Source of the DNA: Sedimentisphaerales bacterium
GTDB lineage: Bacteria; Planctomycetota; Phycisphaerae; Sedimentisphaerales; UBA12454
Direction of reading: 5' to 3'
Length of the DNA stretch: 64,000 nt
NCBI GenBank assembly: GCA_016930635.1
Contig: JAFGGI010000015.1
Span: 10,254-74,253, forward strand
The position numbers and the translations under genes are program-made. This document shows positions 28,245 through 36,973 of the stretch, in pieces. Numbering within the stretch: position 1 is the first letter of the stretch; every line of letters begins with the position of its first letter. The notes beneath the pieces are model-generated. The model was not told where the DNA came from and ran no database searches. It was given only the letters and a program-made list of their open reading frames with translations.

Positions 28245-29890
28245 GTAATTCGCTTGAGTTTAAAATCGCAACAGAGGGTTGGGAATTTGACCAAATCCAT
28301 AGGCTTAATTATGAAACATTTGTTGAGGAGATACCTCATTACAATTCGGAGACGCAGGGGAAAAAAGTTGACAGGTTTCATAATGATAATATTTATGTGA
28401 TATGTATTAGTAAAGATAAACTTGTAGGAATGCTTGCTGTGCGAAGTAAAAGACCGTTTTCGCTCGATCAAAAAGTTAGTAATATAGACTCGTATTTGCC
28501 GAAGGCAAAATCCATATGTGAGATAAGGCTCCTTGCAGTCAAAAAAGAATTTCGCCGCAGCAGAGTTCCCTATAAACTTCTTTTGACCGCGGCCCAATAT
28601 TGCCAAGCCCAGGGACACGATTTGGCGATTATTTCCGGGATACTCAATCAGCAGAAGTTGTATAAGCATATGGGATTTGTACCTTTTGGCCCGGTGGTAG
28701 GCAAACCAGGCGCCGCTTTTCAGCCAATGTATTTAACAGTTGGAAAATATCATGATTCTATTAAACATTCCTGTGATATTGTCCCGCTGGATTATGGAAC
28801 AAATCTTTTGCCTGGACCGGTTCAAATATCACCTGATGTAAAGGATGCCTTTAGTACACCGGCCATTTCTCACAGGTCACAGAGCTTTTTGAAAATTCAT
28901 AAGGATACTCAAAAACATCTTTGCAGACTGGTCAATTCAAAATATGTTGAAATATTTATGGGTTCCGGCACGTTGGCCAATGATGTAATAGCCGGGCAGT
29001 TATCCTTAATCAAAGCAAAAGGATTAATTTTAAGTAATGGAGAATTTGGCCAGAGGCTTATTAATCAGGCAAAATCCTTTAAGCTTAATTTTGATACTTT
29101 ATCCCTGTCGTGGGGACAAAAGTTTGATATTGAGGGTATTGCAGAGATTTTAGAAAATAATTCCGATGTCGAATGGTTATGGGCAGTTCACTGCGAAACA
29201 TCAACAGGAATGCTAAATGACTTAGAAATGCTGAAAAGACTCTGCCACGATAATAATATATTACTTTGCCTTGATTGTGTCAGTTCTATTGGGACTACTG
29301 AGATAGATTTAAGTGATGTTTACTTGGCTTCTGGAGTAAGTGGGAAGGCATTAGGAGCGTATCCAGGGTTGTCAATGGTCTTTTATAATCATAAACTGCC
29401 GCCTTCTACAGGTAGTTTACCGGTATATTTAGATTTAGCCTTGTATTCTGAAAGAAATGGGGTTCCGTTTACCGTTTCTTCAAATCTTGTCTATGCCTTA
29501 AATATTGCTTTGAAAAACTATAACCTTAAAAAAAAGCTGGAGCATGTTTCTGCAGTTTCCTTGTGGTTTAGAGAAGAACTTGACAAAATCGGGGCACAAG
29601 TTGTTGTTCCTCCCCAATATGCCAGCCCGTTCGTAATTACGATCAGTTTATCTAACAGACTGAATTCTGAAGAGATAGGCAGGCAACTTGAGACTAAAGG
29701 GTTTTTGATGAGTTACAAAAGCTCATACCTGCTAAAAAGGAACTGGGTGCAGATTTGCCTGATGGGGGAATTTTCAAAAGAGAATCTCAGACGCCTATTA
29801 GAGACTTTACAGTATGTTTTGATCCCTAAAGTTGAAGTTAAAGAAATCCCATTAAAATTACAAAAAGCTGACAGTGTTATTAATCAATAA
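28241..29890 (+). CDS. Fusion of GNAT-fold N-acyl synthase and class V PLP aminotransferase (N-acyl-serinol synthase-like)
   Basis: N-terminal LNYETFVEE..VDRF..CEIRLLAV..LYKHMGF; C-terminal LPGPV, SHRS, GSGT, NGEFG, HCETSTG, DCVSS, SGKALG..PG. Confidence 0.8.
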   Translation: MSNSLEFKIATEGWEFDQIHRLNYETFVEEIPHYNSETQGKKVDRFHNDNIYVICISKDKLVGMLAVRSKRPFSLDQKVSNIDSYLPKAKSICEIRLLAVKKEFRRSRVPYKLLLTAAQYCQAQGHDLAIISGILNQQKLYKHMGFVPFGPVVGKPGAAFQPMYLTVGKYHDSIKHSCDIVPLDYGTNLLPGPVQISPDVKDAFSTPAISHRSQSFLKIHKDTQKHLCRLVNSKYVEIFMGSGTLANDVIAGQLSLIKAKGLILSNGEFGQRLINQAKSFKLNFDTLSLSWGQKFDIEGIAEILENNSDVEWLWAVHCETSTGMLNDLEMLKRLCHDNNILLCLDCVSSIGTTEIDLSDVYLASGVSGKALGAYPGLSMVFYNHKLPPSTGSLPVYLDLALYSERNGVPFTVSSNLVYALNIALKNYNLKKKLEHVSAVSLWFREELDKIGAQVVVPPQYASPFVITISLSNRLNSEEIGRQLETKGFLMSYKSSYLLKRNWVQICLMGEFSKENLRRLLETLQYVLIPKVEVKEIPLKLQKADSVINQ

Positions 29891-29917
29891 AAAACCCCGG
29901 CAGTTAACCAGGGTTTT
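29888..29917. terminator. Probable bidirectional terminator between convergent genes
   Basis: aaaaccccgg-cagttaa-ccagggtttt. Confidence 0.65.
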
Positions 29918-29922
29918 AAAAT

Positions 29923-29957
29923 CTATACCCTAAACCCTAAACCCTACACCCTATATC
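29923..29957. repeat. Five tandem heptamers CTANAYC
   Basis: ctatacc ctaaacc ctaaacc ctacacc ctatatc. Confidence 0.85.
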
Positions 29958-29963
29958 CTGATA

Positions 29964-31850
29964 TTATTTTTTCTCAAGGTCCAGTGGTGAGATGTAATCG
30001 CCATACTTTTTCTGAGCTTCCTGCAGCCGTTTTCTTTGCGCATCTAATACCTTAAAAACTTGCGAAGGTGCCTGGGCAACATGCTCCTTATGAAACTTCT
30101 CGATACGCTCTATCTTGGCCAGGTTCTCCTTAACGCGGATAGTAAACTGATTTATATAATCTTGTTCGCTGTAGTCTTTATTAAGGAGTTCCTTGAACAG
30201 TTCCTTGAGGTCCTCGTAACAAGGGATTAGCCCTGTCGGCCCAACTCTGCAGGCTGCCTCACCGTGAACTCTGCGTTCCATCCACTTTACCCAGACGTGT
30301 TTATCACGGACGCCGTTGACGAATTTGCCGTCCTTATCGCGGAGGAAATAATTGACGCCGAAAACCAAAGGCTGCTTTTTGAGCTTTTTGCCGAAGTCGA
30401 GGTTATTTTTTACATATTTACCCAGTGAAATAGCTACAAAGTCCTGGATACTCATCAGGTTGATTTCCGGCACACCCTCTTTCCCAACGGTTGCGAAAGT
30501 TGTTTCGGTCTCAAGTGATGCACCGTAAGCAATGATGCCATGGTCCCAATCGAAACTTTGTTGACACGGAACATATGATTTTGCATCCCGCCCGCCGTAC
30601 ATAATACCGGACAGTTCCACACCTTTAGGATTATCCAATTCCGGGTCACAGTTTTTCAGTGCCGGCAGCACAACTGCATAACGGGCATTTTTATGTGCAC
30701 AGGGAATCTCATTTCCTTTTGCGTCTTTTTTGCCTTGCATCCAGTGGCCGGAGTAATTTTCGCCCTCTTTAGGGATATCTTCACCCATACCGAGCCAGTA
30801 TGGTTTGCCGTCTTTTACGAGCACATTGGAGAAAATCACTTCGCCCGGTTTTGTCAGTATATCCCAAATCGCCGGGTCATCTTTGGCGTTGACGTTCTGG
30901 ATAATCCCGAAAATACCGAATTCAGCATTGACAGCCATACATTTGCCGTCAATCGCGCGGAAATAAGCAATATCGTCGCCGAGGATCGTCTCGCCGGGCA
31001 GCATTGCTGTAGAGGTCTTGCCGCAGGCACTTGGGAAAGCACCGGCCAGATAGGTCTTCCTGCCGCCTTTGCCAAAGACGCCCGAAAGAAACATATGCTC
31101 TGCCAGCCAGCCCTCGCGGTCAGCTTTGCGGATAGTCAGCCGAAGTGCGAGCTTTTTAAGACCTATAGTGTTTCCGCCGTATTGTGAATTCACCGAATAA
31201 ACGACATCGGTGGTATAGTCCATGTAAGTACGTTTTTTTTCGATATCGCAGCTTATCATACGGTCATCCATTTTGCCGCAGGAATGCAGTGTGGCAAAAA
31301 ATTCTGCTTTGGAGCCTAATCTCTTGAATTCCTCATAGCCCAGGCGGTACAGCAGGTTCATACTGTGTGAGACATAGAATGAATCGGTACACTCGACACA
31401 TGGGATACTGAACTCTGAGTTATTAGGTCCAAGCGTCATAAAGCGGACAATCATTGTTCTGTCCTGCATTGAACCGTCAAGATAACCGCGAATTTCAGCC
31501 AGTCCTTCCTCGCGTTCTATCTGATTAAGGGCCTTGCTGAGTGTATCGCCTTTGGGAACGAGGTATTTGGTAACTTCTCTATCCCGACCCTGGTCTGTTA
31601 TTCCGTCAAAATGAATAGTATGTCCATTTATATTAAGAGCCTTTTCTTCTTTGGTTTCTATAGCTTGAGTGCGTGTATATTCGACATCCTCCGGCGAATC
31701 GGTAGAAATAAATACCTTTGCCGGTTTTGTCAGGTCAATAGCATCGGCGATAAACTTGTAGAGCTTATCATTTCCAATGGCCGATAATTTCAAAAAATTT
31801 TCCTTGTCCAGCTTCTCCTGCAGGTACTGTTTGGCGTTTTTTATGGCCAT
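29964..31850 (-). CDS. pckG: Phosphoenolpyruvate carboxykinase (GTP)
   Basis: YGGNTIGLKK.ALR, GWLAEHM, AFPSACGKTSTAM, GDDIA, HKNARY, YGGRD, VNYF. Confidence 0.95.
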   Translation of the reverse strand: MAIKNAKQYLQEKLDKENFLKLSAIGNDKLYKFIADAIDLTKPAKVFISTDSPEDVEYTRTQAIETKEEKALNINGHTIHFDGITDQGRDREVTKYLVPKGDTLSKALNQIEREEGLAEIRGYLDGSMQDRTMIVRFMTLGPNNSEFSIPCVECTDSFYVSHSMNLLYRLGYEEFKRLGSKAEFFATLHSCGKMDDRMISCDIEKKRTYMDYTTDVVYSVNSQYGGNTIGLKKLALRLTIRKADREGWLAEHMFLSGVFGKGGRKTYLAGAFPSACGKTSTAMLPGETILGDDIAYFRAIDGKCMAVNAEFGIFGIIQNVNAKDDPAIWDILTKPGEVIFSNVLVKDGKPYWLGMGEDIPKEGENYSGHWMQGKKDAKGNEIPCAHKNARYAVVLPALKNCDPELDNPKGVELSGIMYGGRDAKSYVPCQQSFDWDHGIIAYGASLETETTFATVGKEGVPEINLMSIQDFVAISLGKYVKNNLDFGKKLKKQPLVFGVNYFLRDKDGKFVNGVRDKHVWVKWMERRVHGEAACRVGPTGLIPCYEDLKELFKELLNKDYSEQDYINQFTIRVKENLAKIERIEKFHKEHVAQAPSQVFKVLDAQRKRLQEAQKKYGDYISPLDLEKK

Positions 31851-31932
31851 AATGTATCAGGTCCTTTCAAAATTAAGGATTATCCAATGATTTTAACGAT
31901 GGTTTTGCTCCAATGTGCGCAAAAACCGCCGG

Positions 31933-31961
31933 ATACTAAGTGCTTTGCTGGGAAATGTCAA
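31933..31961 (-). promoter_or_regulatory. Putative sigma70 promoter of pckG
   Basis: Minus strand TTGACA-17 nt-TAGTAT. Confidence 0.65.
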
Positions 31962-32561
31962 ATATTTTATAAATATTTTGTATTTGGTGGTATTATGTCC
32001 GATAACAAATTTCTAAAAAAGGACTAAAACGTCAAATCCGTCCGGATTAATGCGGTATTACAACCCTTTATGAGGTCGGTTTTTAAATCCTGCCTGTTAA
32101 ATTGTGTATTTCCTATGTCTTTTTTATTTTATTTTTTGCCTTATTTTTTCCTTGACAGAACGCCGATACATTGTTATCGTAGTAATATAAGAAAGAGCCT
32201 TGAAAAGGTAGGGCAAGAATCATAACTAAATAACGCTATTATATTTTTTGAGTTTTTTTCATACCATTTTCAGCCCACCTTTACTCAGCATTCTTTTTAG
32301 ATACAGTTTTTTGATTTAGAGCATCTTGTTTGGTTTCAATTGTATCCAGTATCTTTGGCAGATTAACGATTTGTTTGGTAATTTGGAAAAAATACGTAAT
32401 AGAAGTGTTGCTTTCCGGCTGTAATATATTATTGACGGAAAGATTTTCGCGAAACCGACCGAAGACCGAATTGTGAAGTTAATTGTTCTTATAAAATTTT
32501 AGAACCGTTGCCGAGGGCAGCACTTTAGCGAATATCTTGGCACATTTGAAAGGGAAAAGTA

Positions 32562-33548
32562 ATGAAAAAGAAAGGTTTTACACTTGTTGAACTGCTGGTG
32601 GTTATCGCGATTATCGCGATGTTGCTGGCGATTCTGATGCCTGCTCTTGGTAAGGTTAGGCAGCTTGCTCAGCGTATTATGTGCGCTACAAATCTGGGTG
32701 GTATCAGCAAGGCAATGCTTACCTATGCCACAGATGACGAGTACGAATCTGTTCCGATTGCAGGTGGCGGTTGTGCTGTATGGGATGTTGGTAGTGAGGA
32801 CCACGAAGGTGAATGTTCATGGGATTGGTATGACAAAGAGGCAAGGCCTCCAGGAGTTGATGGTTGTGGCACAACGACTTTGAGTGCCAATCTTTATCTT
32901 ACTGTAAAGTATGGTAATGTAACCCCTGAACAGTTTGTTTGTCCGGGCTCAGGAGAAACAAAGTTTGAATTACCGCGATATGATACTTATGATCGTGCAG
33001 ACAATATACTTGAGGTATGGGACTTTGGTTATTGGGAAGACATCACGTTAGGAGAGCGTGGAAGAGGGCACAATAGTTATGCTTATCAGCTTCCAAATCC
33101 TGTAATCGAAGGCGGAAAAAAATTCCCTATCTCTATAGCTTCAAGTCCGTCGATGGCAGTTCTTGCTGACAGAAGTCCTTACTGGGATGCTATGAAGAGA
33201 ATAAATGCGGGTTTATATGAATGGGATACTGAAGTAAGAGATTTAGTGACTACAGGTGACAGTGTTACTCGAGGCAACTCTGAGAATCATCAGCAGGATG
33301 GTCAGAATGTTGCTTTTAATGACCAGCATGTAAGTTTTCAAAAGACCGCAAATTGCGGAATTGACAAGGATAATGTTTATACCGTTTGGAATACTGAAAC
33401 TCTTAGGGGTTTAACTAACGAACAAGCTGAACAGGTAAGACAGGTAGCAGGTCCGTTAAATACGGATATAATGCCTGGACCGAAGACGAACCCGCTTCAG
33501 TATCCAAAGAATAAGGAAGATAATTTCCTTGTTAATGACTACAACTAA
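32562..33548 (+). CDS. Prepilin-type N-terminal cleavage/methylation protein (planctomycete DUF1559/H-X9-DG-like)
   Basis: KKGFTLVELLVVIAIIAMLLAILMPAL..C..NL, FVCP, NH..DGQNVAFND.HV. Confidence 0.9.
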   Translation: MKKKGFTLVELLVVIAIIAMLLAILMPALGKVRQLAQRIMCATNLGGISKAMLTYATDDEYESVPIAGGGCAVWDVGSEDHEGECSWDWYDKEARPPGVDGCGTTTLSANLYLTVKYGNVTPEQFVCPGSGETKFELPRYDTYDRADNILEVWDFGYWEDITLGERGRGHNSYAYQLPNPVIEGGKKFPISIASSPSMAVLADRSPYWDAMKRINAGLYEWDTEVRDLVTTGDSVTRGNSENHQQDGQNVAFNDQHVSFQKTANCGIDKDNVYTVWNTETLRGLTNEQAEQVRQVAGPLNTDIMPGPKTNPLQYPKNKEDNFLVNDYN

Positions 33549-33585
33549 AAAACTAAAAAACAGACTGTAATCAGGCTGCAGTCGT

Positions 33586-33625
33586 ACCGGCCTTTCGCCC
33601 TTAAGCGGAAGGTCGGTTTTTTTTT
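33586..33625 (+). terminator. Rho-independent terminator
   Basis: accggcctttcgc-ccttaa-gcggaaggtcggt plus T tract. Confidence 0.8.
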
Positions 33626-33721
33626 ATAGATACACAACGTTATTTAAAACCATTGCAAAGCTGGTAAATTACTATTAAAATTACTCCTTAGAGTTAATTT
33701 TTGGACAAATAGGAGTTACTT

Positions 33722-35677
33722 TTGACGGCTAAAACCCTTACTTACAAAATCCTCGAGAACCACCTTGTAAGTGGTAACTTAGAGAAGAATCAATCTGTTG
33801 GCATTAGAATCGACCAGACTCTTACTCAGGATGCTACAGGTACGACGGCATTTTTGCTGTTTGAGTCTATGGATATAGAACGGGTAAAAACCGACCTTTC
33901 GGTAAGCTACGTTGACCATAATATGAGCCAGTTCGGCCCGGAGAACCACAACGACCACATCTATCTGCAGACTGTTGCTGCGAGCAAGGGTGTGTATTTT
34001 TCCCGGCCGGGCAATGGGATTTGTCATCAGGTCCATCTTGAGCGTTTTGGCAAGTCCGGTGCGACTTTACTGGGAAGCGATTCGCACACGCCGACCGGCG
34101 GCGGGATAGGAATGCTTGCTATCGGCGCAGGCGGGCTGGATGTGGCCGTAGCGATGGGAGGGGGGGCATTTTACCTTACATGCCCCAAAATCATCGGTGT
34201 CAGGCTCTCAGGGGTACTGTCGGACTGGACAGCAAGCAAGGATATAATACTCAAACTGCTGAGTATTCTTACGACCAAAGGTAATGTCGGTTGTGTAGTC
34301 GAATATTTCGGCCCCGGTGTAGAATCTCTAACGGTGCCGCAGCGGGCAACTGTTACTAATATGGGAGCAGAACTCGGTGTTACGACTAGCATTTTTCCTT
34401 CCGATGAGCAGACAAGAAAATTCTTAGCTGCTCAGGATAGAGAAGAAGATTATCAGCCTTTGGCTGCTGACGAGGATTGTCAATATGATGAGGTTATTGA
34501 AATTGACCTTTCAAAACTTGAGCCGCTGGCGGCCTGTTCACCTTCGCCGGACAATATAAAGACGATAAAGTCACTTAGCGGTACAAAGGTTAGCCAGGTT
34601 GTTATCGGAAGCTGTACGAACTCGAGTTTTACCGATTTGATGATGGTGGCTGAAGTTTTAAAAGGCCAAACGATTCATCCATCAGTCGAATTTGCGATTG
34701 CTCCGGGCAGCAGGCAGGTTATGAATATGCTCGCGCAAAATGGTGCACTGGCGGATATAGTGGGGGCAGGGGCGAGGATTTTGGAATCGTCCTGCGGGCC
34801 TTGTATAGGTCAGGGCTTTTCACCTGCGGATGGAACGGTTTCTATCAGGACGTTTAACAGAAATTTTGCCGGCAGAACCGGTACGAAAAATGACAATGTC
34901 TTTTTGACCAGTCCTGAGGTTGCAGTTATCGCAGCACTGAAAGGTGAAGTCATAGAGCCGCAAAAGAGCGGAATCGAATATCCTAAAATAAATATGCCCC
35001 GCAAGTTTGTTGTTGATGATAATATGATTCAGGCACCTTTGCTGCTTAAAGAAGCAAAGAAGGTAAAGATCCTTCGCGGGCCGACAATTGTTGTTCCTGA
35101 AGCAGCTAAAAAGTTACCGGATAATATGAACGGCAAAGTCCTGCTCAAGTGCGGCGACAAGATCACTACTGACCATATTATGCCGGCAGGAGCGTTTTTG
35201 AAATACCGTTCGAATGTACCGGAATATTCGAAATGTGTCTTCAATTGTTTTAATACCCAGGACAAGCCTACTTTTGCGCAAAAAGCTCTTGAATTGAAGG
35301 ATAAAAAAATCGGTGGTATCGTAGTAGCATCTGAAAGTTACGGCCAGGGTTCCAGCAGGGAGCATGCTGCCCTTTGTCCAATGTATCTCGGCGTGAAAAT
35401 GGTGATTGCAAAGAGTATCGAGCGAATCCACAAAGCCAATCTGATAAATTTTGCCGTGCTGCCTATCGAATTTGAAAACGGTGCCGATTACGACAAGATA
35501 AATCCGGATGATGAGCTTGAAGTAAAGAACATAAACGATGCGATAAATTCTGCTGATAGTATTACTGTAAAAGATAAAACGGCTGATTTTGAATTTGCGT
35601 GCAGTCTGAAGCTGTCCGACAGGGACAGGAAAATTCTCCTTGCCGGCGGATTACTTAACTATACTAAAAGTAAATGA
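33722..35677 (+). CDS. Aconitate hydratase
   Basis: DQTLTQDATGT, GNGICHQVHLE, DSHT, GSCTNSS, CGPCIG, RNF.GR, TTDHI, YGQGSSREHAA. Confidence 0.95.
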   Translation: MTAKTLTYKILENHLVSGNLEKNQSVGIRIDQTLTQDATGTTAFLLFESMDIERVKTDLSVSYVDHNMSQFGPENHNDHIYLQTVAASKGVYFSRPGNGICHQVHLERFGKSGATLLGSDSHTPTGGGIGMLAIGAGGLDVAVAMGGGAFYLTCPKIIGVRLSGVLSDWTASKDIILKLLSILTTKGNVGCVVEYFGPGVESLTVPQRATVTNMGAELGVTTSIFPSDEQTRKFLAAQDREEDYQPLAADEDCQYDEVIEIDLSKLEPLAACSPSPDNIKTIKSLSGTKVSQVVIGSCTNSSFTDLMMVAEVLKGQTIHPSVEFAIAPGSRQVMNMLAQNGALADIVGAGARILESSCGPCIGQGFSPADGTVSIRTFNRNFAGRTGTKNDNVFLTSPEVAVIAALKGEVIEPQKSGIEYPKINMPRKFVVDDNMIQAPLLLKEAKKVKILRGPTIVVPEAAKKLPDNMNGKVLLKCGDKITTDHIMPAGAFLKYRSNVPEYSKCVFNCFNTQDKPTFAQKALELKDKKIGGIVVASESYGQGSSREHAALCPMYLGVKMVIAKSIERIHKANLINFAVLPIEFENGADYDKINPDDELEVKNINDAINSADSITVKDKTADFEFACSLKLSDRDRKILLAGGLLNYTKSK

Positions 35678-36198
35678 GCGAAAAAATTGTAACAATTTTC
35701 GGCACAAGCAGGACTGCCCCGGGTGAGGAAGTTTTCGATCTTGCTTATGAACTTGGCCGATTATGCGCCCAAACAGGTTTTACAATCGCCAATGGCGGTT
35801 ATGCCGGGACGATGCTGGCTGCGGCAAAGGGGGCAAAACAGGCGGGAGGCAAGACAATTGGTGTAACCTGCAGGGCTTTTAACAGAGGCGGGCCCAATGA
35901 GTTTGTCAGCGAGGAGATAGAGACAGCAAATCTTACAGAGCGGGTAGAAAAGCTGATAATAATAGGCGATGGGTATGTTGTTTTGCCCGGCGGAACGGGC
36001 ACATTGCTTGAACTGGCCGATATCTGGGAACGTACAAACAAAGGCTTTATAAATCCGCCTAAACCGATTATACTATTAACCGGCTTTTTCAGGCCTTTGG
36101 TTGATATTATCGCAACCGAAGATGAACGAAGCAGTAATTTTATAACTATTGCAGCAACGGCTAAAGAGACCGTAGAAATTCTAAAGGAAAAAATTTGA
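35674..36198 (+). CDS. LOG family nucleotide phosphoribohydrolase
   Basis: NGGYAGTM, PGGTGTLLEL. Confidence 0.88.
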   Translation: MSEKIVTIFGTSRTAPGEEVFDLAYELGRLCAQTGFTIANGGYAGTMLAAAKGAKQAGGKTIGVTCRAFNRGGPNEFVSEEIETANLTERVEKLIIIGDGYVVLPGGTGTLLELADIWERTNKGFINPPKPIILLTGFFRPLVDIIATEDERSSNFITIAATAKETVEILKEKI

Positions 36199-36200
36199 CT

Positions 36201-36971
36201 ATGAAAAGGACTGTAACACTAATTTTGCTTTTGATTTTTTCAGTTGCAGGGAATGCTCTTGCTAAAAATCCTTCGAGAACACATCCCTTGCGGGATGGTT
36301 TTATGCTCGATGGTGTTGACGGCAGGGTAATACCGGACAGCGGCGTCTGGTTTTTCCAGAGTTTTGAGCCTTTGACCGATGGGAAAAGCTCTTTAGCTGC
36401 CGGCGTCGATATTCAAATCCTGCCTTCGAGTATGCTCGAAAAATTCATCAGCACCTATTCAAAAGAGAAAAATACCTATCGGATCTGGGGCAAGTTTACG
36501 AGATATGGAGATAAGAATTATATTTACCTGTCGTATTTTCTGCCTATCACGGCCAACGATGTTAATGAGCCGAACGAAGTACTTCCTGTAACTGATGCAA
36601 ATGAAGAAAAGATTATTCCTGATAATGTTCTGGCTCTGCTTCGGCCTGCGCGGAAGATAAATCTTACAGAGCTTAAAAAACCCATTTCGACAGAGGCTGA
36701 TGGTGTGTTAGCTGACAGGACCGGGTTTCTCAGAGAAGATGGCAGCGGGATCTATTTTGATTTTGACGGATTAGGAAGAAAATTCGGCACTCTTTCTCTG
36801 CCGCTGCTTCATTGCGAATCTCTCGAAATTATGCAGAAACGGCAGAATAATTCGCCTGTTCCGCTGCGATTTAAGATTTCTGCTATTGTAACAAGTTATA
36901 AAGGCAAAAACTATCTGCTCCTCCAGCGGGCGATAAGGGCATACAGCCACGGTAATTTTATTGCAAGATAA
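36201..36971 (+). CDS. Hypothetical exported protein
   Basis: Signal peptide MKRTVTLILLLIFSVAGNALA; two similar halves ending G.FTRYGDKNYI and VTSYKGKNYL. Confidence 0.75.
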   Translation: MKRTVTLILLLIFSVAGNALAKNPSRTHPLRDGFMLDGVDGRVIPDSGVWFFQSFEPLTDGKSSLAAGVDIQILPSSMLEKFISTYSKEKNTYRIWGKFTRYGDKNYIYLSYFLPITANDVNEPNEVLPVTDANEEKIIPDNVLALLRPARKINLTELKKPISTEADGVLADRTGFLREDGSGIYFDFDGLGRKFGTLSLPLLHCESLEIMQKRQNNSPVPLRFKISAIVTSYKGKNYLLLQRAIRAYSHGNFIAR

Positions 36972-36973
36972 CT

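Noticed and set aside
29923-29957. CCCTAAA units as plant-type telomere repeat or eukaryotic contamination
   Set aside because: Only two exact units, degenerate, and embedded between bacterial genes
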